From NCBI GenBank assembly GCA_965227405.1, contig OZ245758.1:2387153-2451152 (forward strand): DNA of 64,000 nucleotides, written 5' to 3'. This DNA comes from Polyangiales bacterium. GTDB taxonomy: Bacteria; Myxococcota_A; Polyangia; Polyangiales; Houyiibacteriaceae. The notes below the pieces were generated by a model. It did no database searches. It saw only the letters and a program-made list of their open reading frames with translations, and was not told the DNA's origin. Positions 55,422-64,000 of the stretch are shown piece after piece. The number at the start of each line of letters is the position of its first letter. Position 1 is the first letter of the stretch. A program made the translations under genes and the position numbers.

Positions 55422-56249
55422 ATGTACTCTAGGCGCGCCATGGGCGAGCGGATTGACGAGTACGAGCTGCTGCATCCGCTGGGTGAAGGTGCCAGCGCAA
55501 GTGTGTGGGCGGCGCGCGGTCCCAATGGAAACGTGGCGATCAAAAAGCTCCACGCGTCGACGAAACTCGGTGAGGAACAACGACGAAGACTGGAACGCGA
55601 AGCACGTGCACTAAACCGGATTGAGCACGCGTGCGTAGTCAACGTCTTGGACTTTGGTGTTCACAACGACACCGCGTACTTGGTGATGGAGTTGTTGGAA
55701 GGCGCAACGCTCGCCGCGGTACTCCACGAAGCAGTGCCGCCCAACGAAGGGCTCAACCTTGCTCGCAAAGTGATCGAAGGTCTTGCCGCCGTACACCGAA
55801 GTGGCGTGGTGCACCGCGACGTCAAACCCGAGAACGTGCTAGTCACGTTCGGCGGCGTGAAACTGATCGACTTCGGATTGGTGAAGTTTCTCGACGCGGC
55901 GCAGTGGGGGCAACACTCGGTGATCACGGCGGCGAACGTCCAGCTCGGAACACCGGCGTACATGGCACCTGAGGTGTGCTTTGGAGAACCGGCGGACTTT
56001 CCGAGCGACGTGTATTCCGCAGGCATTCTCTTGTACGAGTGCCTCACCGGGCACTTGCCCTTTGTGGGCGAGAGCCGCGTGTCGTGGGTACGCCATCACG
56101 CAACCACGCCACCACCGCCGCTTCACACCAAACGAGCCGAAGTCCAAAGCCCCGAACTCAACGATGTTGTGCAAAAGGCATTGGCGAAAGAAGCATCCGA
56201 TCGCTACGCCGATGCGACGGAACTCGCCGCGGCGCTAAGCGCTCTCTGA
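55422..56249 (+). CDS. Ser/Thr protein kinase (kinase domain only)
   Basis: GEGASASVW...VAIKKL, HRDVKPENVL, DFGL, APE. The start may be MGERIDEY (55440). Confidence 0.8.
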   Translation: MYSRRAMGERIDEYELLHPLGEGASASVWAARGPNGNVAIKKLHASTKLGEEQRRRLEREARALNRIEHACVVNVLDFGVHNDTAYLVMELLEGATLAAVLHEAVPPNEGLNLARKVIEGLAAVHRSGVVHRDVKPENVLVTFGGVKLIDFGLVKFLDAAQWGQHSVITAANVQLGTPAYMAPEVCFGEPADFPSDVYSAGILLYECLTGHLPFVGESRVSWVRHHATTPPPPLHTKRAEVQSPELNDVVQKALAKEASDRYADATELAAALSAL

Positions 56250-57665
56250 CTTCGCTTGGTCGATCGCAAACTGTTCTTCGGGTGATGCGACGAGCTGTTT
56301 CCGCGCGTAGAGCGCGAAGTACGCAAGTCCAGCGGCGTACCAAATCGCAGCTCCGATCACGACCTTTTGATAGACCGGGTCCACCACAAAGAGCGCGACC
56401 AAACACACCACGGCGATGACCAACGCGGCGATCGCGCCAAACATCCCAAGCGGACTTCGATACGGCCATTCGATGTTGGGCAGCTTCCGACGCAACAGGA
56501 TGTAACTCAGCATCTGCAGCGCGTACGCGATCACAGCACCGAACACCGCCATGTTGAGCAACACCGCGCCGACGGGATGGTCCGATCCCAGAAAATGGAT
56601 CAGACACGCGGCCGCGTAGCCCATGACTGCTCCCGCGATCAACGCGACATGCGGGGTCTTGCGCGTCGAATGCGTCAGCGAGAGCACGCGCGGGAAGTAG
56701 CCAGCTCGTGACAACGAGTAGATCTGGCGACCGTACGCGTAGATAATCGCGTGAAAGCTCGCGACCAAACCTGTCACCGCACACAGAGCCAAGAGCTTCG
56801 CGCCAAACCCTTCACCAAAAATCGTTTGGAACCCGAGAAACAAGGGTTCGTCACTCGTGCCGATCGTTTCCGCACCGGGCGGGATCCCTGCCGACAACAA
56901 GAGCGTCAGAAACGCAGCGACGATCAACGTCAGCAAGCCGTAGACAATCCCGCGCGGTAGATCGCGCGTTGGGTTGTGCGCTTCTTCCGCTGCAAGCGGC
57001 AGCTCTTCAATGGCCAAGAAGAACCAGATCGCAAAAGGCATAGCCGCAAACACACCGAGCACACCCTTCGGAAACCAGCCCTGATCGCCGAGCGCATGAC
57101 TGAGTTCGAAATGCGGCACGGCACCGACCCAGAACACGGCCAAGATCGCCAGCGCCAGAAACGTGATGAACACAGTGAAGCGAAACGACGTTTCTGCGCC
57201 CCATATGTTGAGCGCTACAAACACCACGTAACAGGCCAACCACCACACCGGTTCCATGGCTTCGGGCGTTCCAAAGATCGCGCCGAGGTAGCCGCCCACA
57301 CCCACGACGATCACCGCAGGTGTCAGGACGTACTCCATGTTCTCAGCGAGTCCGGTGACGTACGCACCCCACGGACCCATCGCCGATCGTGCAAACGAGT
57401 ACGCGCCACCGGTATGAGGCAACGCTGCGCTCATCTCTGCAATCGAGAAGCACAAGCCCAAGTACATCAACGTGACGATTCCGGTTGCGACGAGAAGTCC
57501 GCCGAAGCCACCGGCGCCGAGTCCAAAGTTCCAGCCGAAGAAGTCACCGGAGATCACGGCGCCCACGCCAAGCGCCCACAACGACCACACACCTGCGCTG
57601 CGCTTCAATCCGCGCTGCTCAAAGTACTCGTCGTCGACTTCGGTGTACTCGACGCTATCGCTCAT
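56235..57665 (-). CDS. APC-family amino-acid/ethanolamine permease
   Basis: Start at MSDSVEYTEVDDEYFEQRGLKR. GVGAVISGDFFGWNFG and 12 predicted TM segments, resembling ethanolamine permeases. ATGA overlap with the upstream kinase gene (57662..57665). Confidence 0.75.
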   Translation of the reverse strand: MSDSVEYTEVDDEYFEQRGLKRSAGVWSLWALGVGAVISGDFFGWNFGLGAGGFGGLLVATGIVTLMYLGLCFSIAEMSAALPHTGGAYSFARSAMGPWGAYVTGLAENMEYVLTPAVIVVGVGGYLGAIFGTPEAMEPVWWLACYVVFVALNIWGAETSFRFTVFITFLALAILAVFWVGAVPHFELSHALGDQGWFPKGVLGVFAAMPFAIWFFLAIEELPLAAEEAHNPTRDLPRGIVYGLLTLIVAAFLTLLLSAGIPPGAETIGTSDEPLFLGFQTIFGEGFGAKLLALCAVTGLVASFHAIIYAYGRQIYSLSRAGYFPRVLSLTHSTRKTPHVALIAGAVMGYAAACLIHFLGSDHPVGAVLLNMAVFGAVIAYALQMLSYILLRRKLPNIEWPYRSPLGMFGAIAALVIAVVCLVALFVVDPVYQKVVIGAAIWYAAGLAYFALYARKQLVASPEEQFAIDQAKSESA

Positions 57666-60600
57666 AGCGCGTCGAGCTTGGCACGAACTGCGTCCACGCG
57701 TGCACTCAGATCGACCTGCGTCCACTGGGTGAGCGCAAGTTCATACGCTCGCCGAGCGCGTTCGGCCATTCCGTGGTGCGCCGCAAGATCGCCCGCTTGC
57801 TCAAAACAGATCGCCAGATCGTTATCCACCAACTTGGTCGACTCGCTCAGTGCCTGGCACTCCACGTACGCCACGTCGTACTCGTCCCAATCAGGCAACC
57901 CAGCATAGGCCGCCATCAGTCCAGCCAACGCGTACGTCTTGAACCCTTCGCGTCCCACGGCTTCGAAACGCGGCAACACCTGACGCAACTGATCGCGCGC
58001 CGCCGCATAGCGCTCGCGAACCAACATGGTCAGCGCGAGGTTCATCTTCACGATTGCCGCTTCTTCACTACCCAACGACGAAAGCGCTTCCGCCGCTTCA
58101 CGGTAGTGCGCTTCCGCATCGGCGAGTCGACCTCGACCACGCGCGATATCGCCCAACGAATTCGCGGCCACACCTTGCGAGTAGCGGTTGCCCATGCGCT
58201 GCAACTCCCGCGCGCAATCCAGCAACATCTCTTCGGCCTCATCGAACGCACCACGACGCCGATGCACGTCGGCCAAACCAATTCGCGTTCGCGCAATGCC
58301 CAGTCGGTCATCGCACCGATCGAACAGAACCCCCGCATCCAAGTATCGCTGCGCGGACTCGTCGAGCTTACCGACCATCTTCAACACTTCGCCCTGGCCG
58401 TGGAACGCGAGTGCCTGGTGATGCAACGCGTCGACACTCTCGGCGATTTGACCTGCGCGCTCGAAGTGCTCCAGCGCCTCTTGGGCGTGCCCACGCTTGT
58501 GCGCGATCCCGCCCTGCAATCGCGACGCATGCGAACGAGTCTTCCCGCTGTGATCGTCACGCAACAAGTCCAGCGCCACCAACAACGCACGCTCTGCCTG
58601 CTCGACGCGTCCGCGCAGCGCCTCGGTCTCGGCCATCATCAGCCAGCCGCGAACCACGCGTTCGTCTTGGGGTTGCACCGCGATCGCTTCGAGCGCGTAG
58701 AAGTACCGACCACACAGCGCAGTCGCCGTGTCGTACTGACTTCGGCGCTGACTGGCGTGAGCCGCTTGCAGCAAAGGCTCCAGCGCGCGTTCGTGGGCTT
58801 CACCTGCGAGAAGTAAACGCGCGAGCCGCTCCGGTTGAGTCTCGGTGCGTTCGGCTAGCGCATTGGCGCAGGCGAGATTAACCGCAGCCCAACGAGTTTG
58901 TTCTCGGGAGCGTCGACGCAGACTCTCCAAGAGCAAACCGTGAACCGCTGTGAGACGACGTCGCCCCACATGCGCGAGACGTCGGTTGGCCAAGTGGTCG
59001 GTCAGACCGTCGGGGATCTCGGCGTCCAGGAGCTGCACCGCACGCGCCCAATCATCAAAGCGCACGCGTCGACCCAGCGCCGCCCACGCCTCGAGTGCTG
59101 TCTCGGCATGATCGCGCGGTGTTCCCTCAAACTCATCGAGCACGCGTTCGATACGCAACGACCACAACGCGTGCAGGTCGTCGGGAATCGTGGGTTCGGC
59201 TCCCGCGCGCAGTCGAAACCCTCGTCGACCGGGCTCCAAGATTCCGCGTTGCACCCAGTCGCCCACCAACTGAACCGCAAACAAGGGCGAGCCATCGGTC
59301 CGCTCGGCAACATCCTCGGCGAGCTGTGATTCCAACCCCAACAAGTCGCCGATCAACCGTGCATGCGCTTCGTGATCCAGCGGGCCCAGACCCAACGACT
59401 CGGCGCGATCGACACGCGTCAGCCGCGCCAACTCCGCCGCTTCGGCAGGATACGACTCGAGCGCTTCCTGCTGCGCGGTCAGTACGATCATCAGCGGAGC
59501 GTTCGCAGCTTCGACGAGGTTGCGCGCAAACGCGATCGACTCGTCGCTGTACTGCACATCGTCCAGAACCAAGAGCACGGGCCGACGCGACGCCATGTGC
59601 TCCAGAAAGCCACGCACCAACGCGAAACGTTCTTCACGTCGCATCGCGTGTTCGTCGTCGGGCTGCAGCCACGCTTCGAGCTGTTCGCGTTGCTCCGTCG
59701 CCAAGTCGTACCCGCCGATGGCGGTGCGCAGGCGCTCGGCCAACGCGTTTCCGCTCAGCCCTTCCGCGCGAAAATGCCGCAGGAGAAGCCCGCGCAACGC
59801 GTCTTCCGAACCCCCTTCGGCGTGACCCAACCACAACACGGTCGCGGCACCAAGCTCGAGCGCGCGTTCGACCATCCATTCGGCCAAACGCGTCTTGCCC
59901 ATTCCGGCACGACCCACCACGACCGCCGCGTGGGCATGCCCGGATCGATCGGCTTGTCGCAACAACGCCCAAAGCCGCTTCTTTTCCAACTCACGGCCAG
60001 CCATCGGGATCGGTCGAAGCCCGTACACCCCCAGTCCGATTCCCCATTGAGGTCGCGGGGCAGGTGGGGCTTCATCCAGCTCGTCAATCGGAGGCACCGC
60101 GATCAACTCGCGCTCACGTTGAGTCCACGAGGGCGCGCTTCGTCCCACGTGGCTGGCCAGATCCAAGCGCGTTTCTTCCCACGTCTCAGGTCCAAGCCCT
60201 TGCGTCGGTGCAGAGGTGAGCAAGGGCGGTGGCGGATTGCTCAGATGCTTGTCATCGATCGGCATCATCTCGTCTCCGAGCTGATCGAGCGCGCGTCGCG
60301 CATCCGCTGCACACTCGAATCGGTGCTCAGGGCGCTTGGCGAGCAGGATGCGGATCCACGACTCCAGATCACGCGGCACTTCGAACCGAGGTCGCAGTCG
60401 ACCGACCGAATCGAGGCACTGCGCACGCAACACCTCGTGCTTTTCACCACGAAACGGAACCAATCCGGTGACCAGATAAAACGCGAGACACCCCAGCGCA
60501 TAGAGATCGGTCGCGGGGCCTTCTTCGCTGTGCATGCCGAGGATCTGTTCGGGCGCCATGAACGCTGCCGTTCCTGCCTGAAGCGGATCGTCGCGTTCAC

Positions 60601-61099
60601 CTCCATACCCAAGCGCATGCGCGATTCCAAAATCGGTCAGCTTCATCGCACCGCTTGCCGCGCGAAGAATGTTCGAAGGCTTCAGATCGCGATGCACCAC
60701 ACCACGCGCATGTGCGTGACCCAAGGCGACCAAGAGATTGCGCAACGTCTCGTGCAACACCTCCCACGATTCGACGTCTTCGCGCCGCAGCGTGCCCGTG
60801 TCGGCGAGCTCCATGACCAGATAGGGACTGTCCGGCGTCAATGCATCATCACCGACGCTCGCAACCTCTTCGACGCGTCCGTAATCCAGCACCTGGATCA
60901 CGCCGGGATGGTCCAACCGGGCCATCGCACGCACTTCGTTGGCGAGCGCTTCACGACAACGTCGCTTTCGCGCCACTTCCGCAGTCACAAGCTTGATGGC
61001 GACTTCGACACCTTCGTCGACGTGACACCCTCGGTACACGCGCGACATGCCGCCGTGCCCGATCACATCGCGTAGCTCGAAGCTTCCAACAACGGCCAT
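57662..61099 (-). CDS. large Ser/Thr kinase - AAA/STAND-type ATPase - TPR protein
   Basis: 1145 aa. Kinase motifs (HRDLKPSNIL, DFGIA), P-loop GRAGMGKT, then long TPR-like repeats. Confidence 0.85.
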   Translation of the reverse strand: MAVVGSFELRDVIGHGGMSRVYRGCHVDEGVEVAIKLVTAEVARKRRCREALANEVRAMARLDHPGVIQVLDYGRVEEVASVGDDALTPDSPYLVMELADTGTLRREDVESWEVLHETLRNLLVALGHAHARGVVHRDLKPSNILRAASGAMKLTDFGIAHALGYGGERDDPLQAGTAAFMAPEQILGMHSEEGPATDLYALGCLAFYLVTGLVPFRGEKHEVLRAQCLDSVGRLRPRFEVPRDLESWIRILLAKRPEHRFECAADARRALDQLGDEMMPIDDKHLSNPPPPLLTSAPTQGLGPETWEETRLDLASHVGRSAPSWTQRERELIAVPPIDELDEAPPAPRPQWGIGLGVYGLRPIPMAGRELEKKRLWALLRQADRSGHAHAAVVVGRAGMGKTRLAEWMVERALELGAATVLWLGHAEGGSEDALRGLLLRHFRAEGLSGNALAERLRTAIGGYDLATEQREQLEAWLQPDDEHAMRREERFALVRGFLEHMASRRPVLLVLDDVQYSDESIAFARNLVEAANAPLMIVLTAQQEALESYPAEAAELARLTRVDRAESLGLGPLDHEAHARLIGDLLGLESQLAEDVAERTDGSPLFAVQLVGDWVQRGILEPGRRGFRLRAGAEPTIPDDLHALWSLRIERVLDEFEGTPRDHAETALEAWAALGRRVRFDDWARAVQLLDAEIPDGLTDHLANRRLAHVGRRRLTAVHGLLLESLRRRSREQTRWAAVNLACANALAERTETQPERLARLLLAGEAHERALEPLLQAAHASQRRSQYDTATALCGRYFYALEAIAVQPQDERVVRGWLMMAETEALRGRVEQAERALLVALDLLRDDHSGKTRSHASRLQGGIAHKRGHAQEALEHFERAGQIAESVDALHHQALAFHGQGEVLKMVGKLDESAQRYLDAGVLFDRCDDRLGIARTRIGLADVHRRRGAFDEAEEMLLDCARELQRMGNRYSQGVAANSLGDIARGRGRLADAEAHYREAAEALSSLGSEEAAIVKMNLALTMLVRERYAAARDQLRQVLPRFEAVGREGFKTYALAGLMAAYAGLPDWDEYDVAYVECQALSESTKLVDNDLAICFEQAGDLAAHHGMAERARRAYELALTQWTQVDLSARVDAVRAKLDAL

Positions 61100-61102
61100 G
61101 CG

Positions 61103-61951
61103 TTACGCAGACTCCAGTTGACCGGCGTACAGGTTGAATCGTCCTTCGCGCGCAAAGCCGGCGATCAACATCCCAAGCGATCGACCCACGTCGACCGCGA
61201 GCGACGTTGCACCCGACACGGCAACAACAGCTCCCACACCGGCCGCAGCTGCCTTCTGCACGATCTCAAAACTGATGCGACCGCTGACGATCAGGATCTC
61301 GGCTTGGGCAAGCATGTTTCCCCGCAAGAGTGCGCCTACAACTTTGTCGACGGCATTGTGCCGCCCGACGTCTTCTGCAGCCGTCAGGAAAGACCCTTCA
61401 CGATCTGTGGCCAACGCAGCGTGAACCGCGCCCGTACGCGCAAACTGAGGTTGCTGTGAATCCAGATGATTCAACGCACGCCGCAACGCACCCACTGGAT
61501 ACAGAGTTGTTTCACGAGGCTGGAGTCGACGAACCAGATCATCGATCTGCTCCCGCCCGCACAAACCGCAAGCCGCACTGCTGAGTGTTCCGCGACGGGA
61601 ACGTTCCGGCGCAAACACCACTCCCGGACCTGGGCGCACATCGAAGGTGTCCTCACCGCACGGCGCCAGCACCGACACATCATCCAGCGATTCGATCAGT
61701 CCTTCTGCCCACAAGAGGCCGAGGACCAGATCGCGGTCCTGACCCGGCGTTCGCATGGTCACAATGAAGGGCTCGCCCGCCAGTCGGATCTGTAGAGGTG
61801 CTTCGACGGCGAGGTCATCGGACGCCCACTTCGGCTCGCCTTCGGCGATCTTTCGAAGCTCTCGTCGAGCCACGCCTTGATCGCTTTTCTTCATGCTTTC
61901 GAGAGCATAGCGCTCCGGGAACAAACCTGCTCTCCGGATGTCGAACCCCAC
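61103..61951 (-). CDS. fdhD: formate dehydrogenase accessory sulfurtransferase FdhD
   Basis: SSAACGLCG and EDVGRHNAVDK motifs. The start may be the internal MKKSDQG (61894). Confidence 0.8.
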   Translation of the reverse strand: MGFDIRRAGLFPERYALESMKKSDQGVARRELRKIAEGEPKWASDDLAVEAPLQIRLAGEPFIVTMRTPGQDRDLVLGLLWAEGLIESLDDVSVLAPCGEDTFDVRPGPGVVFAPERSRRGTLSSAACGLCGREQIDDLVRRLQPRETTLYPVGALRRALNHLDSQQPQFARTGAVHAALATDREGSFLTAAEDVGRHNAVDKVVGALLRGNMLAQAEILIVSGRISFEIVQKAAAAGVGAVVAVSGATSLAVDVGRSLGMLIAGFAREGRFNLYAGQLESA

Positions 61952-62014
61952 CTAGGGGTTCGGCGCTAAGTTGTGGACGTAGGGTTCAGAGACGTGGAAG
62001 ACGAGGACACGAGC

Positions 62015-63523
62015 ATGCGTATTGCTGCACTTTGTCTCGAAGACGAAGGGCACGACGCGGCTCTCGTTCGCGTCCTCCAAGGCAACCGACGTCGCATCTT
62101 GGTTCGTCGTGCCGCGCTCTTCCTCGTTGGACTCACACTCTCGATGCTGGCGTACACCCAGAAGCGATACCTGGGTCGTTTGGTGCGCGGCGAGATCGCG
62201 CTCAACGGTGCAGCGCTCTACACCCCTCAGCACACTGCAAGCGACGCAGAGATTGACTGGGCGTCGGTGCACTCCCGTCTGCTGCCGGCGTGGATCATCG
62301 CGCGCAGTCGCGCACGCGGCACCGAAATCCAACGCGCCGATCGCGCACAGCGCGCGTACACCGAACTGCGCTACGCGTTTGCGCCCGATCGCAACTTGGT
62401 CGACCTCTTCGACGAACTCGAAACGCGACTCGACGACCCTCTCGCTTCTGCCGATCGCATCGACTACCTGCTCTGGGCCTACAACGACTACCTCTCGCAA
62501 CGCGAAGTACCGTGGCGGCTCGAAGCGGATCTGCATGTTCGTCGCGACGGAGATCCCACGCTGCTCACGCGCAGCTACGAAGTGCTCGAAGACTTGCGCT
62601 CACAACAAGGTCATCGGTTGCGACTGCTGCGTCGCGCCGATCTGACCAACATTGACGAGGGGTTTCTCGGTCACGTTTCAGCGCGTGATCAAGGCGCGTT
62701 GGTGATGTTGGACCAAGTTCTTCAGTTTGGAATTCGCCATGTGTGGCCGGTGCTTCACGGTGGTTTGGATCATCGTCTTCCGCGCGCAGCACGCGGCATC
62801 GCACCTCACGTTCGAACCGAAGCGTTGGGTGTGTTGACGGCGCCGCAGTACATGCTGCTGCACGAGACGGCCGTCGATCAGCAAGCGCTCATCGAAGTCG
62901 CGGCGTCTATTCACGGACGTCAGGAATGCGGCAACCGGTTTCGGATCTATGGCTTGCCGTGGAACGGTCTCGAGCCTCCCGATCAGCGCGCACTCGTCGA
63001 AGCGCTGGGTCGGTCCGACGGTGAAGACTGTCCCGAAGTCACTCTTGGTGAAGCCGCTCGTATGTTGGGTGCATCGGAGCGACTTGGATCCACGGCCGGG
63101 CTCGCCGAAGCCGTCGAGTCACTGACCACGTTCGTTTCGCGTGCGGTGAGCGTGCATGAACTGCGGCACGTCGGAGATGGGCGTGCGGCGAATTGCATCG
63201 CCTGTCCCGAAGGCATGAGCGTGGCTGCGCAAGACGAGCTCTCGGCGTACCTGGCGTCGTTCGCAGAGCCGGGAATCGGGTACGTGGCGCTCCTTCAAGC
63301 GTGCTCCATGGAACCCGCGGGCGAGGACGTGAGCACCGCGCCACATGCCCAAGCTCTGGCTGTCGCGTTCGATGCGGTTCTGCCCGAAGGGTGCCAAGGC
63401 GAGATCCCCTCCGACCTCTACACGCGTGCAGGTGACGCTCAGCGTCACTTCTTTGGCGAGCGAGGGGCAATCTCGGTTCCCGAGGGTTATCCTGCTCACA
63501 TCTTCCTGCTCGCCCGCGAATAG
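62015..63523 (+). CDS. hypothetical protein with an HExxH-like motif
   Basis: Start tentatively MRIAALCLEDEG. One N-terminal TM segment and VHELRHVGD late in the protein. Function unknown. Confidence 0.45.
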   Translation: MRIAALCLEDEGHDAALVRVLQGNRRRILVRRAALFLVGLTLSMLAYTQKRYLGRLVRGEIALNGAALYTPQHTASDAEIDWASVHSRLLPAWIIARSRARGTEIQRADRAQRAYTELRYAFAPDRNLVDLFDELETRLDDPLASADRIDYLLWAYNDYLSQREVPWRLEADLHVRRDGDPTLLTRSYEVLEDLRSQQGHRLRLLRRADLTNIDEGFLGHVSARDQGALVMLDQVLQFGIRHVWPVLHGGLDHRLPRAARGIAPHVRTEALGVLTAPQYMLLHETAVDQQALIEVAASIHGRQECGNRFRIYGLPWNGLEPPDQRALVEALGRSDGEDCPEVTLGEAARMLGASERLGSTAGLAEAVESLTTFVSRAVSVHELRHVGDGRAANCIACPEGMSVAAQDELSAYLASFAEPGIGYVALLQACSMEPAGEDVSTAPHAQALAVAFDAVLPEGCQGEIPSDLYTRAGDAQRHFFGERGAISVPEGYPAHIFLLARE

Positions 63524-63743
63524 CCTGTAAATCCAAGGTTCCAAGGCTGGTCAGAACCTTGTGGATCGAGGTCTGCGCACCCTACGATCTCCTTATTATG
63601 TGCAGGGCGATCGGAAATCTTTTCGTAGCTTTGCATCTCATGCGGGCCGTGGACGCGGCCGAGGATCGCATATGACTAATGATTTCCGGGCGTTAAGATC
63701 TTCGCGGCCCAGGGTACAGCCGTTGCATAGTTCTTCCATCGCA

Positions 63744-64000
63744 ATGGAGCGACCTGCGTCCAAAGCCATCTCAAAGCGTCCTCAGCGCCCCAAACAAGAG
63801 GGTTTCACCCTCATGGAGCTGATGGTCGTGGTGGGGATCGTCGCGGTGGTCGTCGGTCTCGCACTACCGAGCATGTCCCAGCAGCTCGCCGATCAGAAGA
63901 CCAACCAATGCGCTCTCGACATCGTCGCGGCCGCAAGACTCGGCCGCTCTGCATCGACAGCATACGGTCGCGCGCATCTCTTCCGTTGGGATCCGGCACT
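63744..64000 (+). CDS. prepilin-type N-terminal cleavage/methylation domain protein (pseudopilin/minor pilin-like), 5' part, runs off right edge
   Basis: Absent from the ORF track because it is open-ended. Translation gives ...KQEG-FTLMELMVVVGIVAVVVGLALPSM, the class III signal motif. An alternative in-frame ATG at 63672 has a good GAGGA RBS. Confidence 0.7.
   Translation, partial: MERPASKAISKRPQRPKQEGFTLMELMVVVGIVAVVVGLALPSMSQQLADQKTNQCALDIVAAARLGRSASTAYGRAHLFRWDPA

Noticed and set aside
59095-61075. Plus-strand ORFs of 374 and 570 aa (59095..60219, 59363..61075), and similar long antisense ORFs at 3100..4059, 18282..19265, 26405..27382, 47515..48636 and 49144..50037
   Set aside because: All lie opposite genes with strong motif support. 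Their Arg/Pro/His-rich translations are typical of high-GC antisense frames.
63712-63727. Sigma-54-type promoter GGGTAC-N5-TTGCA (GG-N10-GC spacing) upstream of the prepilin-like gene
   Set aside because: It would leave only about 6 nt of leader before ATG 63744. It also lies inside the coding frame if the better-RBS start at 63672 is used. It cannot be distinguished from chance by eye.

Overview
High-GC window that looks myxobacterial: it has a MYXO-CTERM-like sorting tail, a Myxococcus-type cysteine-rich repeat protein, many lipoproteins, Ser/Thr kinases and an FHA-GAF sigma-54 activator. I support about 60 protein genes. They include a mevalonate/isoprenoid cluster (mvaD, mvk, polyprenyl synthase, type-2 IDI), a TetR regulator with a perfect 20-bp palindrome upstream, and an HSP90-family gene followed by two tandem paralogous unknowns. 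There is also a three-gene lipoprotein operon ending in a Hint (intein-like) domain protein, plus queE, two glycosyltransferase genes, msrA, fdhD and an APC permease coupled to a large kinase-ATPase-TPR protein. Many long ORFs in the track are antisense shadows typical of high-GC DNA and were not called. The stand-out region is about 43.2-49.2 kb, all on the + strand. It starts with a 66-aa ORF ending in Gly. Next comes about 1.5 kb of non-coding, more A/T-rich DNA packed with aberrant tRNA-like modules: one interrupted, one circularly permuted, and two 123-nt twins with full anticodon arms, all sharing a TACACAC junction motif. A terminator hairpin follows, then a Ro60/TROVE-vWA gene, two unknown genes and a small ThiF/E1-like gene. 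Ro60 with adjacent tRNA-mimicking Y RNAs is known biology. The size and topology of this array, and its link to a possible Ubl/E1 pair, are not something I can match to a described system. I also found a MITE-like element with 24-bp terminal inverted repeats in two copies, one of them inside the RNA array, and a family of GGAAG-rich intergenic repeats. All functional calls rest on motif recognition by eye; no database search was possible.
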